A DNA stretch of 64,000 bases from Asterias rubens (taxonomy: Eukaryota): the NCBI RefSeq assembly GCF_902459465.1, contig NC_047075.1, positions 9,796,001 through 9,860,000 of the forward strand, written 5' to 3'. The notes under the pieces were generated by a model. The model made no database searches and was not told the origin of the DNA. It worked only from the letters and a program-made list of their open reading frames with translations. Below are positions 36,264-48,900 of the stretch, piece by piece. The position numbers were made by a program, and so were the translations under genes. Each line of letters begins with the position of its first letter. The stretch's first letter is position 1.

Positions 36264-38969
36264 CAATTTCAACATCCAGTCATTAGCGCGTTTTAACCAG
36301 ACGCGTTTTAACGGAAAACTCAGACAATATTTGAAAACAAAGGAATTTATGGAGTAAGGGATTTCTACCAACGGTCCACATTAACCCTGATTTGCTTTCC
36401 TTCATGAAAACTTGAAATAAGAAGTTACATGGTTTTATTAACTACCGTAACATATCACCCGATATTCGAATAATTCTGAGTAATTACCACTAGTGTCAAG
36501 TGGCTTTGACGCGACACAATACATACATTCGACAAGATAATAGACTTGATTCAAGTCCCATTCACGTGTAAAATGTCCCTAAGCATATCGCGCCAACTAA
36601 ACTACTAGCAAACAATCCGTATAGCAGTGTGCGCTCGACGTAAAAATGTGGTCCCGAAAATGTTGGGGTGTCGGGGAATGCAGAGCTTTATAAAACAATA
36701 GTTTTCTGGTGATTGCACGGGATTGGGACTTGAGTCAAGTGTAGACGAGATAGGACGCTTTGTTTAAGTGACGATTAGATTAGTTTGTTTAATTAAAAGT
36801 CACTCTTAAAAAGACCTGCTTGAACGAATATGCCAAGTCGTAAACTTTGCTGAAATTCACTTAAAATGCTTTCAAAGAATAGGGAAATCCAGTCATATGA
36901 CTATAAAAAGATTTCAATTGTGTGAAAAAACAATCATTTTGAATGCCCTTGTCCAGGGCTTTTCTGAGAGATTTGCGAAAAGCCCTGTTACGTAATCACT
37001 CTCTAATACGTCATCTCTAGGAGCTCCAATTTGTAAAGCCGCTTTGTTTCAGCGTGGAGGCATAACAAAGCAAGCTCCTAGAGATGACGTCAGCGGCATT
37101 GTCCTTTGACGTGCGCTCTCAACGGCAGAAGTGTTTTTATTTTTACAAAACCTTTCGGTTGGGGCCTGATTTTGTAATCGATAATTACGAAAAATTCAGA
37201 AGTGTGCACATATCAAAACTACATTAAAATGGTGAAAAAGTGCATTATAAACAAGTTAAAATACCATTTCCGTTGAAAACATTCCGCTCAGGTAGCTGTT
37301 TAAAAGAATGGCAACAAAAGCTTTTGGTGAAAAGTCTACAACATTTCAGTCTGATTTGATTTGGCTCTCTTAGCATATATTTGTTTTTATGGCCCACAAA
37401 TAGTTAATCTGAAAAACGCTACTGTAAGAAACGTTTCTCGGGCGGTGTATAATCAGAGATTGTTCATCCTGCGTGGACATTATTATTCATTCCGGATTTT
37501 AGGCGATATCCCCAAAAACGCAACCACCTTTTAATACTGAACTTTCCAGAATTGTTTATGTTAGTTTTTATTGAACACATCTTTACAATTAATTATTAGA
37601 CATTCGAACGGCTCCAAAACTCCGAGACTTTGCCTTAAAATATCGCGGCCACGACTGATGTTGAAGAAATTTTACGTGATTGTGTCCTTCATATCCCTTC
37701 CTGGGTTCCGTATCCAAGCCTGTACGAAAACAAATTGATTTTTTTCCCCTTGATTACCAACAAGTAACTTCATATTTTCATGCCGGCATCTTCTGTGGCT
37801 GACCCAAATACACGACGGCAGACGTCACTAATGAGATATTGGTACTCGAATCGACTTATTGTTGGAGTAGCCTTGGCCGTATTTTGCAGATTTTTATATC
37901 AATATCAAGCGACGTGACTTTAATTAGTTTCAGTTTATATCGATGGAAAAAGTTAGTTAAGGCGTTACCTTGACAAGATTTCCCGTTTGTCAGTCCCTTG
38001 CCTGTATCGATGGATTACAGATTTGTCTTACTCGTGAAACGTATAATTTTTTGGAGGCTAAATTGGGAAATATTATATATTATTTTCAATCCAGACAAGA
38101 TACCAAAACACGTGCCGTTTGTGGCTAAAGCTGACTGGTATATAACGTCATTACTGGAAATAGTGGCGTTTGAATGGTTCAAGGGCAGTTTTTGCTCATG
38201 TTTATTCATGATCATCGTTTGCGTTAGCCAATGAAAGTGTGCGCATTTTAGCAAGAGAAATCAGGATCCCGAGTTGTTGCGACATAGAAATAGGAGATAT
38301 CACAACTCCACTGCGATGCAACCGTTTGGGTCGACTTTGTCTCTCTGAAAAGAACATCATTCGAAGATTTGTATCTTGTGTCAAATCAAGTAAACTGCCA
38401 TCGTGTGTTCAACTTCGCTGAACGTCATTATTGTCACAACATTTGTCAATAACATTCAGAGAAGGTGACTCTACACAAACGAATAACCACTTATTTGAGA
38501 GTTCGTTCACCCAGGTAGCTTCATATTTGTCTGCAAAGGTTCTTCTTGGGAAAAGATATCCATTAGACAACAGCAGAAAAATATAGGAGATATCACAACT
38601 CGTCTGCGATGCAACCGTTTGGGTCGACTTTGTCTCTCTGAGAAAAACAGCATTCGAAACTTGTGGAGAACTGTTTACCGTTTCATATCAAGTAAACTGC
38701 CTTTGGATGTTCATGTTTGCTGAATTGTTCATTATTGCCTACACGTATATTCACATACGGTTGTCAGTAACAGCCAGAAGTTATACAACTTGTTTCAGAA
38801 TATGCTAAACCCAGTTGAGTAGACCAGCAAAAGGTAACATTACACAGCCTGCGTAAGAACAACTCAAAAGCAAATCTTTCTCAATTTCCAGAACTTCACG
38901 AAGTTTCAAGAACTAAAAACTGCAAATACATCAGTGTCTGAAGTTTAAAAACTCAAAGAGAACGTGGAT

Positions 38970-39390
38970 ATGTATGCCGTGTTCCTCGTATCGTTCACTG
39001 CATTGCTAGTCAGCTCTTGTATACGAGTGGTTGCATCTCAAGATCACCAATGTTCTACTTTTATGGTTGACGACTCATCCTGTCCAGAGTCTTGGCATTA
39101 CTGGTGAAACTCATGCTACATGATCACTGAGACGAGATTTACCTGGTCAGGCGCTAAAGACGAGTGTAGAAACCTGGGTGGTGTTCTTGCTGCACCAAGC
39201 TCTGATCAAGAAAACGATTTTATAGCGCAAGTGGTTTCAGCTGATTGGATGTGGATCGACTGTAATGATCTAAAGGTGGAGGGGAAATTGAAGTGCAGAG
39301 AGGGTAACGTAGAGGTTGGTTAAAGAAACTGGTTTGATGGAGAACCGGATAACGAAGGCGTAGGTGAAGATTGTGCGGTCTTGGATCCAT
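38970..39390 (+). pseudogene. C-type lectin L7 pseudogene (EPD motif), two stops, 3'-truncated
   Basis: ATG 38970, TGA 39105-39107 (HYW*NSCY), TAA 39321-39323; homology is lost after EDCAVL. Confidence 0.9.
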
Positions 39391-40264
39391 AACCAGACAC
39401 AAATAAAATGACTTGCGTAAAGTCTCACAAGGTATCGACTCATCAGTTCGGGGGAGTCGAGATGGAGAATCTATATTTTCACATATTTATTGGAGTGTAT
39501 TGAAGTACGCGTAACATCAAAGACGCATTCAATGGTTTTCTTCGCGAACTACAATTTCAACAGAAGTAAATCAATTTTGCAGCCATCGTCAAAAACACAG
39601 CCAGGTATCGCTTGTGGCTGATGTTGATTGGTCAATATCGTCTTTACAAATTCATCGTGGCTTTTGAATGGTTAGACGGCAGTTTGTGTTCATGTTTATT
39701 CATGATTCATTGTTGGCGTTAGCCAGTCAAAGTGTGCGCATTTTAGCAGGAGAAATCAAGATCCCGGCGGTTGCGAAACCGAAACCGGATATATCACAAC
39801 TCGTCTGTGTGGCAACCGCTTGGGTCGACTTTGCCTCTCTGAGAAGAAGGTGTAAACTGCAGTCGGATGTTCACTAATGGTACAACCTGTTTGAGAACTT
39901 GCTAATTCCAGTTGGTTTTTCTCCTGCGTCGATTATTAACGTTAAAGGACAACGGATCGGCAAAAAGGCAACAGTTCACTGCCTGTAAAACACAGCCCCT
40001 AGCAAATCTGTCTTAATTTGTAGACCTTCGCAAGATTTCTAGAAGTCATAACTGCAACTACAAACATCAATGAAAAAAGATGTAGCTAAATCAGAAACAT
40101 CAACCTACTTGGAAACACGGTGTGTCAATTTCAAATACCCAAATTCGAACTAACTACCAGACTTTGAGAAAAAGACATATAATAATCGGTAGATTAACCT
40201 CAGTACACTCGTACTTATGTTATGGCGTTTTCTGTACAATTTGCCGGTTTATAATAGCGTCGAT

Positions 40265-40777
40265 ATGTATGCTGTGTTCCTCGTATCACTCACTGCCTTG
40301 CTATTTAGCTGTTATTTTGGAGTGGTTGCATCTCAAAATCGGCAATGTTCCACTTTTATAAGTGATGGCGACTCATCCTGTCCGGAGTCTTGGCATGTCT
40401 GGGGAATATCATGCTACAAGATCACCGAGAAGGCATTTACCTGGTCAGATGCTAGAGACGAGTGTATAGACCTAGGTGGTGTTCTGGCGGTACCAAGCTC
40501 TGATCAAGAAAACGAGTTTACAGCGCAATTATCTAATGAGATAGTATGGATCGACTGTAATGATCGAGAGGTGGAGGGGAGATGGAAGTGCAAAGAGGGT
40601 AAGGTTGAGGTTGCTTACAGAAACTGGGACCCTAACGAACCGAACAACCAGGGAGAAGAAGATTGTGCTGCCTTTGATACTCAGTTTGATGGAAACCGGC
40701 AATGGAATGATTTGGAATGTAGCAGACTAGAGAAAGCTCTGTGCAAAACGGCTGGCAGACCAGTCCTTCAAGTGTGA
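40265..40777 (+). CDS. C-type lectin L8 (EPN/WND), L2/L1 mosaic
   Basis: ATG at 40265 within ORF 40217-40777; intact signal peptide and CTLD. Confidence 0.92.
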   Translation: MYAVFLVSLTALLFSCYFGVVASQNRQCSTFISDGDSSCPESWHVWGISCYKITEKAFTWSDARDECIDLGGVLAVPSSDQENEFTAQLSNEIVWIDCNDREVEGRWKCKEGKVEVAYRNWDPNEPNNQGEEDCAAFDTQFDGNRQWNDLECSRLEKALCKTAGRPVLQV

Positions 40778-43700
40778 AAAAAGAACATCAAGAAAGCTTC
40801 GAGACCTTGTACTTAGTTGAAATTTAGGGGAAACGGAAAACAAATACTTACATGTACAGTGACTTAAATGGAGATGTTTTGATAAGAGTCTTGAAATGTG
40901 TTTTGCTTGTTTGATGATTGTTCCATACTTGAGGTTCAACAAACTGACGCTGCGTTGACTATATGCTTTGTACCCAACAGTTAGAATAACAAGGTTGTAT
41001 TTGTTTGCAGAACACAGGGTTCTTGAAAGGTATGTAAATGGTGAGCATATCACTTTTAGGGTATCAGTAAAGTAAATTCAGTATCACTCAAGACTTACCG
41101 GAAAATACACATTTGGAAAGAGGCAATAGTCGTGTGCCTAAATGTTGGCTGTACTTGATTGTTTTAGTATCCAAACAATAATATAATACAATTAATCATT
41201 ATTTAATCCATGTGAAGCAAATGTAACTAGCTTTGTGGAAACTGGGCAGTCATCGACGCATGGTGGCGTGCTATATTGTGCACCCAATATCCCCCGTCGA
41301 ATTAATGTTAGTCATGGCGAAATATACCTTCCCCATTACATTTACTTTGAAAGCAGCTGCCCATTGAACAAGTTGATATTGTAAATTAAACAGAAGTTGT
41401 TCGTCCATCTGATGTGTACTCTGTGGACGTACGCTGTGTCAACCTTTTTGTTCAGACCTAAGCACACAAATTTGCTTAGCATGACATCTCTTCCTTGATA
41501 AAAACAGATTTACCAACCAAATTTCCATGTGATTTTCAGGATCTAGCAAATAAAAGCTGGATACCAGTTGCAAGCACTATTCAACAAATGAAAATTTGGC
41601 TGGTTATCCTATTACAAATGAATTGAATTTAATGTATTTAATTTATTTTTAAATTTGATTTATTTCATCGGTGAAGAAATGTCATGCTTAACAAATTGTT
41701 GAAAGCAGTCTCTGTGCTCAAGATTTATTATATTTTTCCTGAAATTTGCTTACTCGGTTTCGTATTCAAATAAATAATTGAGTTACATTTTGTGAAGCAC
41801 GTTAACACACTGCGCAGTGACGCATTTATTGATTAAGAACATAGTACAGTAGACACCAGGTGCAGCAGTTGTTGTTTTCATTACATTTCTTTGTGTCAAT
41901 TTAGAAACAATGTATTGCAACTTGTGGATTTAGTGTTGGTGATGTTAGTATTAAAGACATTTTAGAAAAAATCAATAATTTTTCATTGAAATTTATGTTG
42001 TTACGGTGTGTACTAGACAGTACTCAGAAACGTTATGACGTTTTAATTCAGAGCAAAAATAGTTGTCAGAAATTCGAGAACGGTGGGACTTTGCTAAGAT
42101 CATACCATAACAACAATTACTTTTGTTCAATTTACACTAGTGGTTGATTTTATCACACCTCTTTTGTTAAATCAGTGAATGATATTTGTGATCTATAGTC
42201 GTACAACTTGTATTATTGGTGACGTCAGTCTTACACATAATTAGGAAACAAAATGATCTTGTTTATCAGAATTGATGTTGTGATGTTGTTGTATCACACA
42301 GTACTTAAATTGTTCATAAAACGTAATATTTAAAATGTTTAAAACAATCGCTATGATGACGGTCTCAATGGCTTTATTTATTAGTTAGTATACAAAAACA
42401 ACGGACAAACGTTTCATTGTTCTCAAAAGGGTTGCGTTTGTGTTAAACACATTCATGTTTAAATTGATGCAATCATTTGCTGATTAGTCGTTAACATGCT
42501 ATTTCCTCGACTTTGTACATAATGTCAGGCAGAAATTAGAAAAGAATAGGGAACCACCAACATGAACTTAATAAAGAATATCAAACTGAAACTAGAAATG
42601 TTTTCATGAGAAAAAAAGGGGTGCGTTTTTCTTCAACTTCAGTCAAAATGTGAACACATTGGTCAGGTTGTTAATCATCTTCTTGTGAGCAATTTAAGTG
42701 AAAATTGTGAGTTATTGTAGTTTTAACTTAAAGTGATTGATTCAGTTCAATGTATCATGTAAAGAGACTCCATGCACTTCGAATTTACTACTTCAAGGCA
42801 TCTGAAACTACTGGTATTTCCTAAAAATAATTGTTAACAATGTAGGGGTATAGTATACAAACATTGAGTGGCTCAGAGTGGAACGGGAGGAATATTATCG
42901 CTCGGTAAAATTTGGACTGTTCCATTTCACAAGGCGAAGCCGAGTGACGTGGAACAGTCCAAATTTTACAGAGCGATAATATTCCTTCCAGTCCACGAAT
43001 TAAAGCCACTCAATATTTGTTTTATATAACTGACATATAGATTTCTGTCATTATTTTGATGTATTTTAAAAGTAGAACAATATGAAAAAATCACACAAAT
43101 TACTGACAACCAAAAGTAATATAGCGCCGCGTAGCGGCAACAATGCACAAATCGGATCACAACCTTTTGCACAGTGCTCCTATGTTTTACCAGCGGCGCG
43201 GCGGTGCTGTACTGCTCAAAAACATTGGGAACAAGGATGATCCTAACTGTTGAATGGGAAATGCTATTTCCCATGGGCGAATAGGTCTTTTTGATCGCCG
43301 GTGCGGATGGGAGTAATAGTGAATGTCAAGTGAAGTAAGTTCCACCAATCAAATGACAATGATATGTATGTCAGTTATACAATATAAAACATTGTGATAA
43401 ACCGCTCACATTGAAATATCATAGTTTGGGAGAAAGAGCTAATTTCTCACTCAAATAATAAAATACTTCAGCTGAAGCCTTTTATTCGGCATCTGAAAGC
43501 ACACAAAGTAATGCAACAAGGTTTTTTTTTTATATTCTCTTGCAAATTCGATGAACTATTGAACTCAAATTAATTTCACATATTTGTTATTTTATGCATA
43601 TGTTGGGATAAACCAAGTAATATTACTGGTCTTTGACAACAAACGTGTGAAGTGAATTAACAAAAATGTGTTGCATGGTTGACACTATTTACACCAATAA

Positions 43701-44759
43701 ACTTGCGTTTAGTAAGTTGAAACTATTTAAAGCACTTGTTTGAGGGAGTTTAAAACTATAAAGGCACTAATGCTTGATAAGTTAATAATATATTCATATG
43801 TGTATTAAAAATTGTAGGATGTAATAGTGTTATTGTGATTAAATTAATGTTGGAAAATGTGTTAGAGCATCCTTGGCATTAATATCAAATTAATATATTT
43901 TTCTAAGTGATGTAGGAAATTTGAGACCATGACCGGGTATAATAAATCAACTCACTGAAGTGTGAAGCAAATTATTATTTCCACACGTACATCACGACTC
44001 GATAACAATGGCTTTAGTCAGTGACCGTAGCACTAAAAAAATCATTGTTCCACTCTCTTACTGCTTTCATGTCCCTTTGTTAAGGGTGGCCTCGCTTACT
44101 AGTAATGGAGCACGCTCCATAAGCAGTTTAGGAATTTCGGGTTCGAATGACAAACCCCATACCGACAATATGATTGGTTGACTATTTTGGTCACAGAACT
44201 GCAACCGCTGCTTATTGGTCTAGCTATTATAAGCCCCACCTCTAGTGGTAATGATTATTCATGAGGCACTACTGTGAAGGGCAGTTTGCTTTCTAGGCTT
44301 ACACTCAAATTGATCAATATTCATGATTAATTGTTGGTGTTAGCCAATCAAAGTGTGCGCATTACAGCAGGCGATATCAGAATCGGGCTTGGTTGCGAAA
44401 CAGAAATAGGAGATATCACAAAACTCGTCTGCGATGCAACCGTTTGGGTCGACTTTGTCTTTCTGAGAGGAACCCCATTCGTTATATGGAGAGCTGAACC
44501 TTTTATCAATTCGCGTAGACCGACTTCTTGTGTTCGTGTACGGCGAGCTATTTCATTGATGTGGAAACCCCATTAAGTAACCGCAATATGATTTGACTCT
44601 TGAGCATACAGAGAGGGAAACTCAATACGAGAGAACCATGCCAGCGTGCACATGGAACAGTCTGCCCAGGGAATAGTACAATAAAGATGACATCGTTTAC
44701 AACGTTGTTTGTACCAAGGGCCGATACAATTCAACTTACAGTGTGAACATTGTCTCATT

Positions 44760-45278
44760 ATGTTGTGTTTTCTGACCTTAATAATTTCAACGGTTTTGCT
44801 AAATACCTCTTGTTTTGGAGTGGTTGCATCACAAGACCAGCAATGCTATACATTTATGTATGACGACTCATCATGTCCGGAGTCTTGGCATTACTGGGGA
44901 AACTCATGCTACAAGATCACTGAGTTGAAAGTTACTTGGGCAGATGCTAAAGACGAGTGTAGAAACATGGGTGGTGTTCTGGCTGCACCAAGCTCCAATC
45001 AAGAAAACGAGTTTATAGCGCAGTTGGTTCCAGATTATTGGATATGGATCGACTGTAATGATCTAGAGGTGGAGGGGATATGGAAGTGCAGAGATGATAG
45101 CGTGGAGGTCGCTTATAGAAACTGGCATGATGGAGAACCGAATAACGCGATAGAGGAAGATTGTGCGGCCGTGGCTGCTTGTGCTACATGGGGAAACAAC
45201 CAATGGTTTGATAGGAGTTGCATTATATCAGAGAGAGCTCTTTGCAAAGTGGCTGGCAGACCAGTCCTTCACGTTTGA
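44760..45278 (+). CDS. C-type lectin L9 (EPN/WFD)
   Basis: ATG at 44760 within ORF 44709-45278; intact; extra Cys in AVAACATW. Confidence 0.92.
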   Translation: MLCFLTLIISTVLLNTSCFGVVASQDQQCYTFMYDDSSCPESWHYWGNSCYKITELKVTWADAKDECRNMGGVLAAPSSNQENEFIAQLVPDYWIWIDCNDLEVEGIWKCRDDSVEVAYRNWHDGEPNNAIEEDCAAVAACATWGNNQWFDRSCIISERALCKVAGRPVLHV

Positions 45279-45291
45279 CAATTTGAATATC

Positions 45292-45667
45292 AAGGCAAGA
45301 CGCGTGTACTTTTTTGTAACACAAAACACACTGTCCACAGATTTACATTAAAATTACACCATTTGAAGATACAATGATAGTAGAAAGCGTACCTTAAAAT
45401 ATTAGTTTTTGAGGCGCTGTATTTTTTTGAGAAATGAGTTAACAATGTCATGAGAATGTTAACATGCTAAAATTATTTTCGTCTCATGATCACTGAGACA
45501 AAAATTATTTTCATGACATTGTCATACTCATTTCTCAAAAACTACAGCCCCTCAGCAAGTAATATATTCAGGGAAGCTTTCTACTATTATTTACGAACTG
45601 TAAGTTTAGTGTAAATCTGTAGACATCGTGGTTTTTGTCCTACATAAAGTACCTAGAGAGCCTTTAA
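45292..45667. mobile_element. MITE with long (about 100-bp) imperfect TIRs, ending ...gcctttaa
   Basis: gtacttttttgtaacacaaaacacactgtccacagatttacattaaa versus tttagtgtaaatctgtagacatcgtggtttttgtcctacataaagtac. Confidence 0.65.
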
Positions 45668-46138
45668 CGGAAAACTGCACGATTTGAAAATAACATTTTA
45701 TCATGTAGTAAGGAACTCAACCATCGGTCCAATTCATCATTTTTAGGATTTGCTTTATTGCTTGAAGTTAGAAGTTACAATGGTTTTCTACACAACCATA
45801 GATGTTTAATCCGACATTCCATGTACGAGATGACTTCACTAATATAAAATGCTCCTTCGCTTTGCTTATACGGTTTACTATGACCGATAATCACAAACTA
45901 AAACCATATCTACCAATTGGAAACAAAAATTTCACTGGCTGAAAAAAATGTACATGTATTTCTTATTTGCCCTGTGGAAACCTCCCAATAAAAAAAAAAA
46001 CCTTGTTTTCAGAGGTAGCAAAGCATCTACGAATACGTTGAATTTTTTTAATTTTGTGTTAATTAATTTTGAATGAAGGCAGCGGGTACTGCAACTATGT
46101 GTAAAGAACACCAATAGTTTTACATCGGTGTGTGCTAA

Positions 46139-46397
46139 CCAAAGATTATATAGCGCCGCAAGGAGCAAGATGCGGAGCTCGGGCTGGAATGCGAAATCCC
46201 ACTGGACGCCATTTCGGCAAGTAACTATTTTGATACAACAGTAGATCAGTGCAGATCAGTGCAGACAATGACCATTCCTATCAATGGGAAACAAAACATT
46301 CACTTGCTGAAATGGCGCCCATGCGTATTTCACGTTCCAACAATAGATAAAGCTTCGGTTCCGCATCTTGCGCCTTGCGGCGCTCTATAATCTTTGG
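46139..46397. repeat. 259-bp foldback element
   Basis: ccaaagattatatagcgccgcaaggagcaagatgcgga ... tccgcatcttgcgccttgcggcgctctataatctttgg. Confidence 0.8.
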
Positions 46398-46499
46398 TGC
46401 TAACTCACCCTCTCCGGCGGAGTCTTGGCATTTCTTCTGAAACTCTTTAGACAGCCTCACTAGGGACGAGGTTTTTTGCTCGTCATGGAACTGTAGGCC

Positions 46500-47045
46500 G
46501 TGTTGACGTCCCGATGGTTGGTGCATAGAGAAAGGACCACGGAAGGAATTCGAACTTCCTTTTCTTCACTAGAAACTTGATCACAGCCGATTATACATTT
46601 CAGTCACTATGTGACTGCTGACACAAATATTTGAATTTTTTTTAAGACAGCCTAACCGGAGGCTAATGTGTTTTTGATCGTCTATAACTGTACGTAACAG
46701 CCTGACGGTTGGTGGATAGAGAAAGGACCACAGAATGAGTTCGAACTTCCTTACTTAAGAGATTCCTGCCGCTAATACATTGCAGTCAATTCTGACTGCT
46801 GACACAAACCTTTGGGAAATTCTTCAGACAGCCACTACGGGCTGATGTGTTTTTGATTGTCAATATACTGTACGTGTTAACAGCCCGATGGTTGTTGCGT
46901 GCATGTATAAATAGACCACGGAAGGGGTTCGAACTTCCTTACTTCAAAAGAAGCACGTTCGTCGCCGCTAATCCGTTGCAGTCATATGCTAATCATATTG
47001 TCACTGCTGACACAAACTATTAGGAAATCTTAAGACAGCCTTGTG
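46500..47045. repeat. Three diverged tandem repeats of about 191 bp, plus an inverted partial copy at about 47110-47155
   Basis: gaccac...ttcgaacttcc...tgctgacacaaa...agacagcc recurs; cores at about 46532, 46723 and 46913. Confidence 0.75.
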
Positions 47046-47480
47046 TAAAATGCCGCGACGCACCTCCTCCAAAAAGGGTTCGTGTGGCTCATTGACTTCT
47101 ATATTGCCCGGGAAGTTCGAACTCCAATTCCGTGGTCCTTTCTCCGTGGTTGGTGTGAACGCGAGTATACCAAAGCCCAATTTCATGGCTCTGCTTACCG
47201 CCGAATTCTGCGCTTACGATCGCGATTCCCCGCTTACGTGCAAGCGCCGAATTTCTGCGCTAGCCTTGTAAGCGTAGAATGCCTGGTAACGTGAAGTACG
47301 CACGCGCAGAAGCCCAAATTCGCCGGTAACCCGTGAAATACGCTTTCCGTAAGCACATAATACCCTGCTTCCGTAAGCGCTGATTCTGTGCTTACGGTAA
47401 GCAGAGCCATGAAATTGGACCCTGTTGATGTCAGTCTGTAAAGGCAGTGGACACTAAGTAATGCAACAAGGGTGTTGCTC

Positions 47481-47770
47481 TTAAAGGCAGTGGCCACTAT
47501 TGGTAATTGTCAAAGACTAGCCTTCACAGTTTGGGTATTTCAACTTATGCATAAAATAACAAACCTGTGAAAATTTGAGCTCAATCGGTCATCGAACTTG
47601 CGAGATAATAATGAAAGAAAAAAACACCTGTGTCACACGAAGTTGTGTGTGTTTAGATGGTTGATTTCGAGACCTCAAGTTCTCAACTTGAGGTCTCGAA
47701 ATCAAATTCGTGGAAAATTACTTCTTCCTCGAAAACTATGGCACTTCAGAGGGAGCCATTTCTCACAATT
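47481..47770 (-). mobile_element. TTAA MITE, truncated
   Basis: ttaaaggcagtggccactattggtaattgtcaaagactagcc... Confidence 0.8.
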
Positions 47771-48138
47771 TCTTCTAAACTTGAAGCAAGCAATCTTTTA
47801 CATAAGTTGCAATAACATTTAGTTGTACGTCACTTAGGCCGGTAGCAGTAACAAGATATTCCTTTGCATCGAGACAAATATTTGTGTGCTTCGGGGCTTA
47901 CAAAGATTTAGGCTAAAAAAATTATCAATTCATGATGTGGATAAGAAGCGAGGTGTTTAAATGCTTCATAAAACCACGTTGATTGATATCGGTCTACGTC
48001 TAGAATCTGGGTCATATTGACCCTATAAGGGTATTCCACATTAAATCCCGACTCGGGAAAGATCACAAAGTGTAAACAGGCCGTGACTTTGTGCAGGTCA
48101 TACGTAAAAGTGTATAAGTAGTTTAACAAGTTATTGTT

Positions 48139-48487
48139 TTAAAGGCAGTGGACACTATTGGTAATTACTAATATAATTATTATCATAAATCCTTTCTATG
48201 TACGAGTAATGGGGAGAGGTTGATAGTTTAAAACACTGTGAGAAACGGCTCCCTCTGAAGTGACGTAGTTTTCGAGAAAGAAGTAGTTTTCCACGAATTT
48301 GATTTCAGATTTAAAATTTGAGGTCTCGAAATCAAGCATCTGAAAGCACACAACTTCGTTAATATCTCGCAACTTCGACGACCGATTGAGCTCAAATTTC
48401 CACAGGCGAGTTATTTTATGCATATGTTGAGAAACACCAACAGTGAAGACTAGTCTTTGACAATTACCAAGTGTCCAGTGTCTTTAA
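48139..48487 (+). mobile_element. Kolobok/T2-like TTAA MITE
   Basis: ttaaaggcagtggacac ... gtgtccagtgtctttaa. Confidence 0.88.
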
Positions 48488-48746
48488 AAACATAGCATTG
48501 AGTCAATGTGGAAGCTTGTAAATGCAAGGTATTTTTAAAATGTTGCGAGCGGTAATGTTTTGAGAGCTTAGTGTAGTAGTACGCCTCTTGCTGTTCAGTA
48601 TATATTTTTAGAATGATGTAATTTAGAAACAAAGTCAGAGGGGGGCTGCATCCGCTCACAAAATCACTACACCTCTAAATCTAGACTTGATTCAAGTCCC
48701 TTGATCGTGTAAGGTCCGAAACACAGCGCGCCAGCAGTCAAGTACA

Positions 48747-48900
48747 TAGACCTTTTCGCAAATTCCATTACGCAAGCGCAGACTGTTGAATGAGGTGCAT
48801 TGTGGGATATATATATGGAGCAAATTTGAATACACGCAAGACCACAATGCACCTAATTCCAAGCTTTATGCGCGCGCCCCGGTATTTGCGAAAAGGTCTA
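48747..48900. mobile_element. 154-bp MITE
   Basis: TIR tagaccttttcgcaaat / atttgcgaaaaggtcta. Confidence 0.7.
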
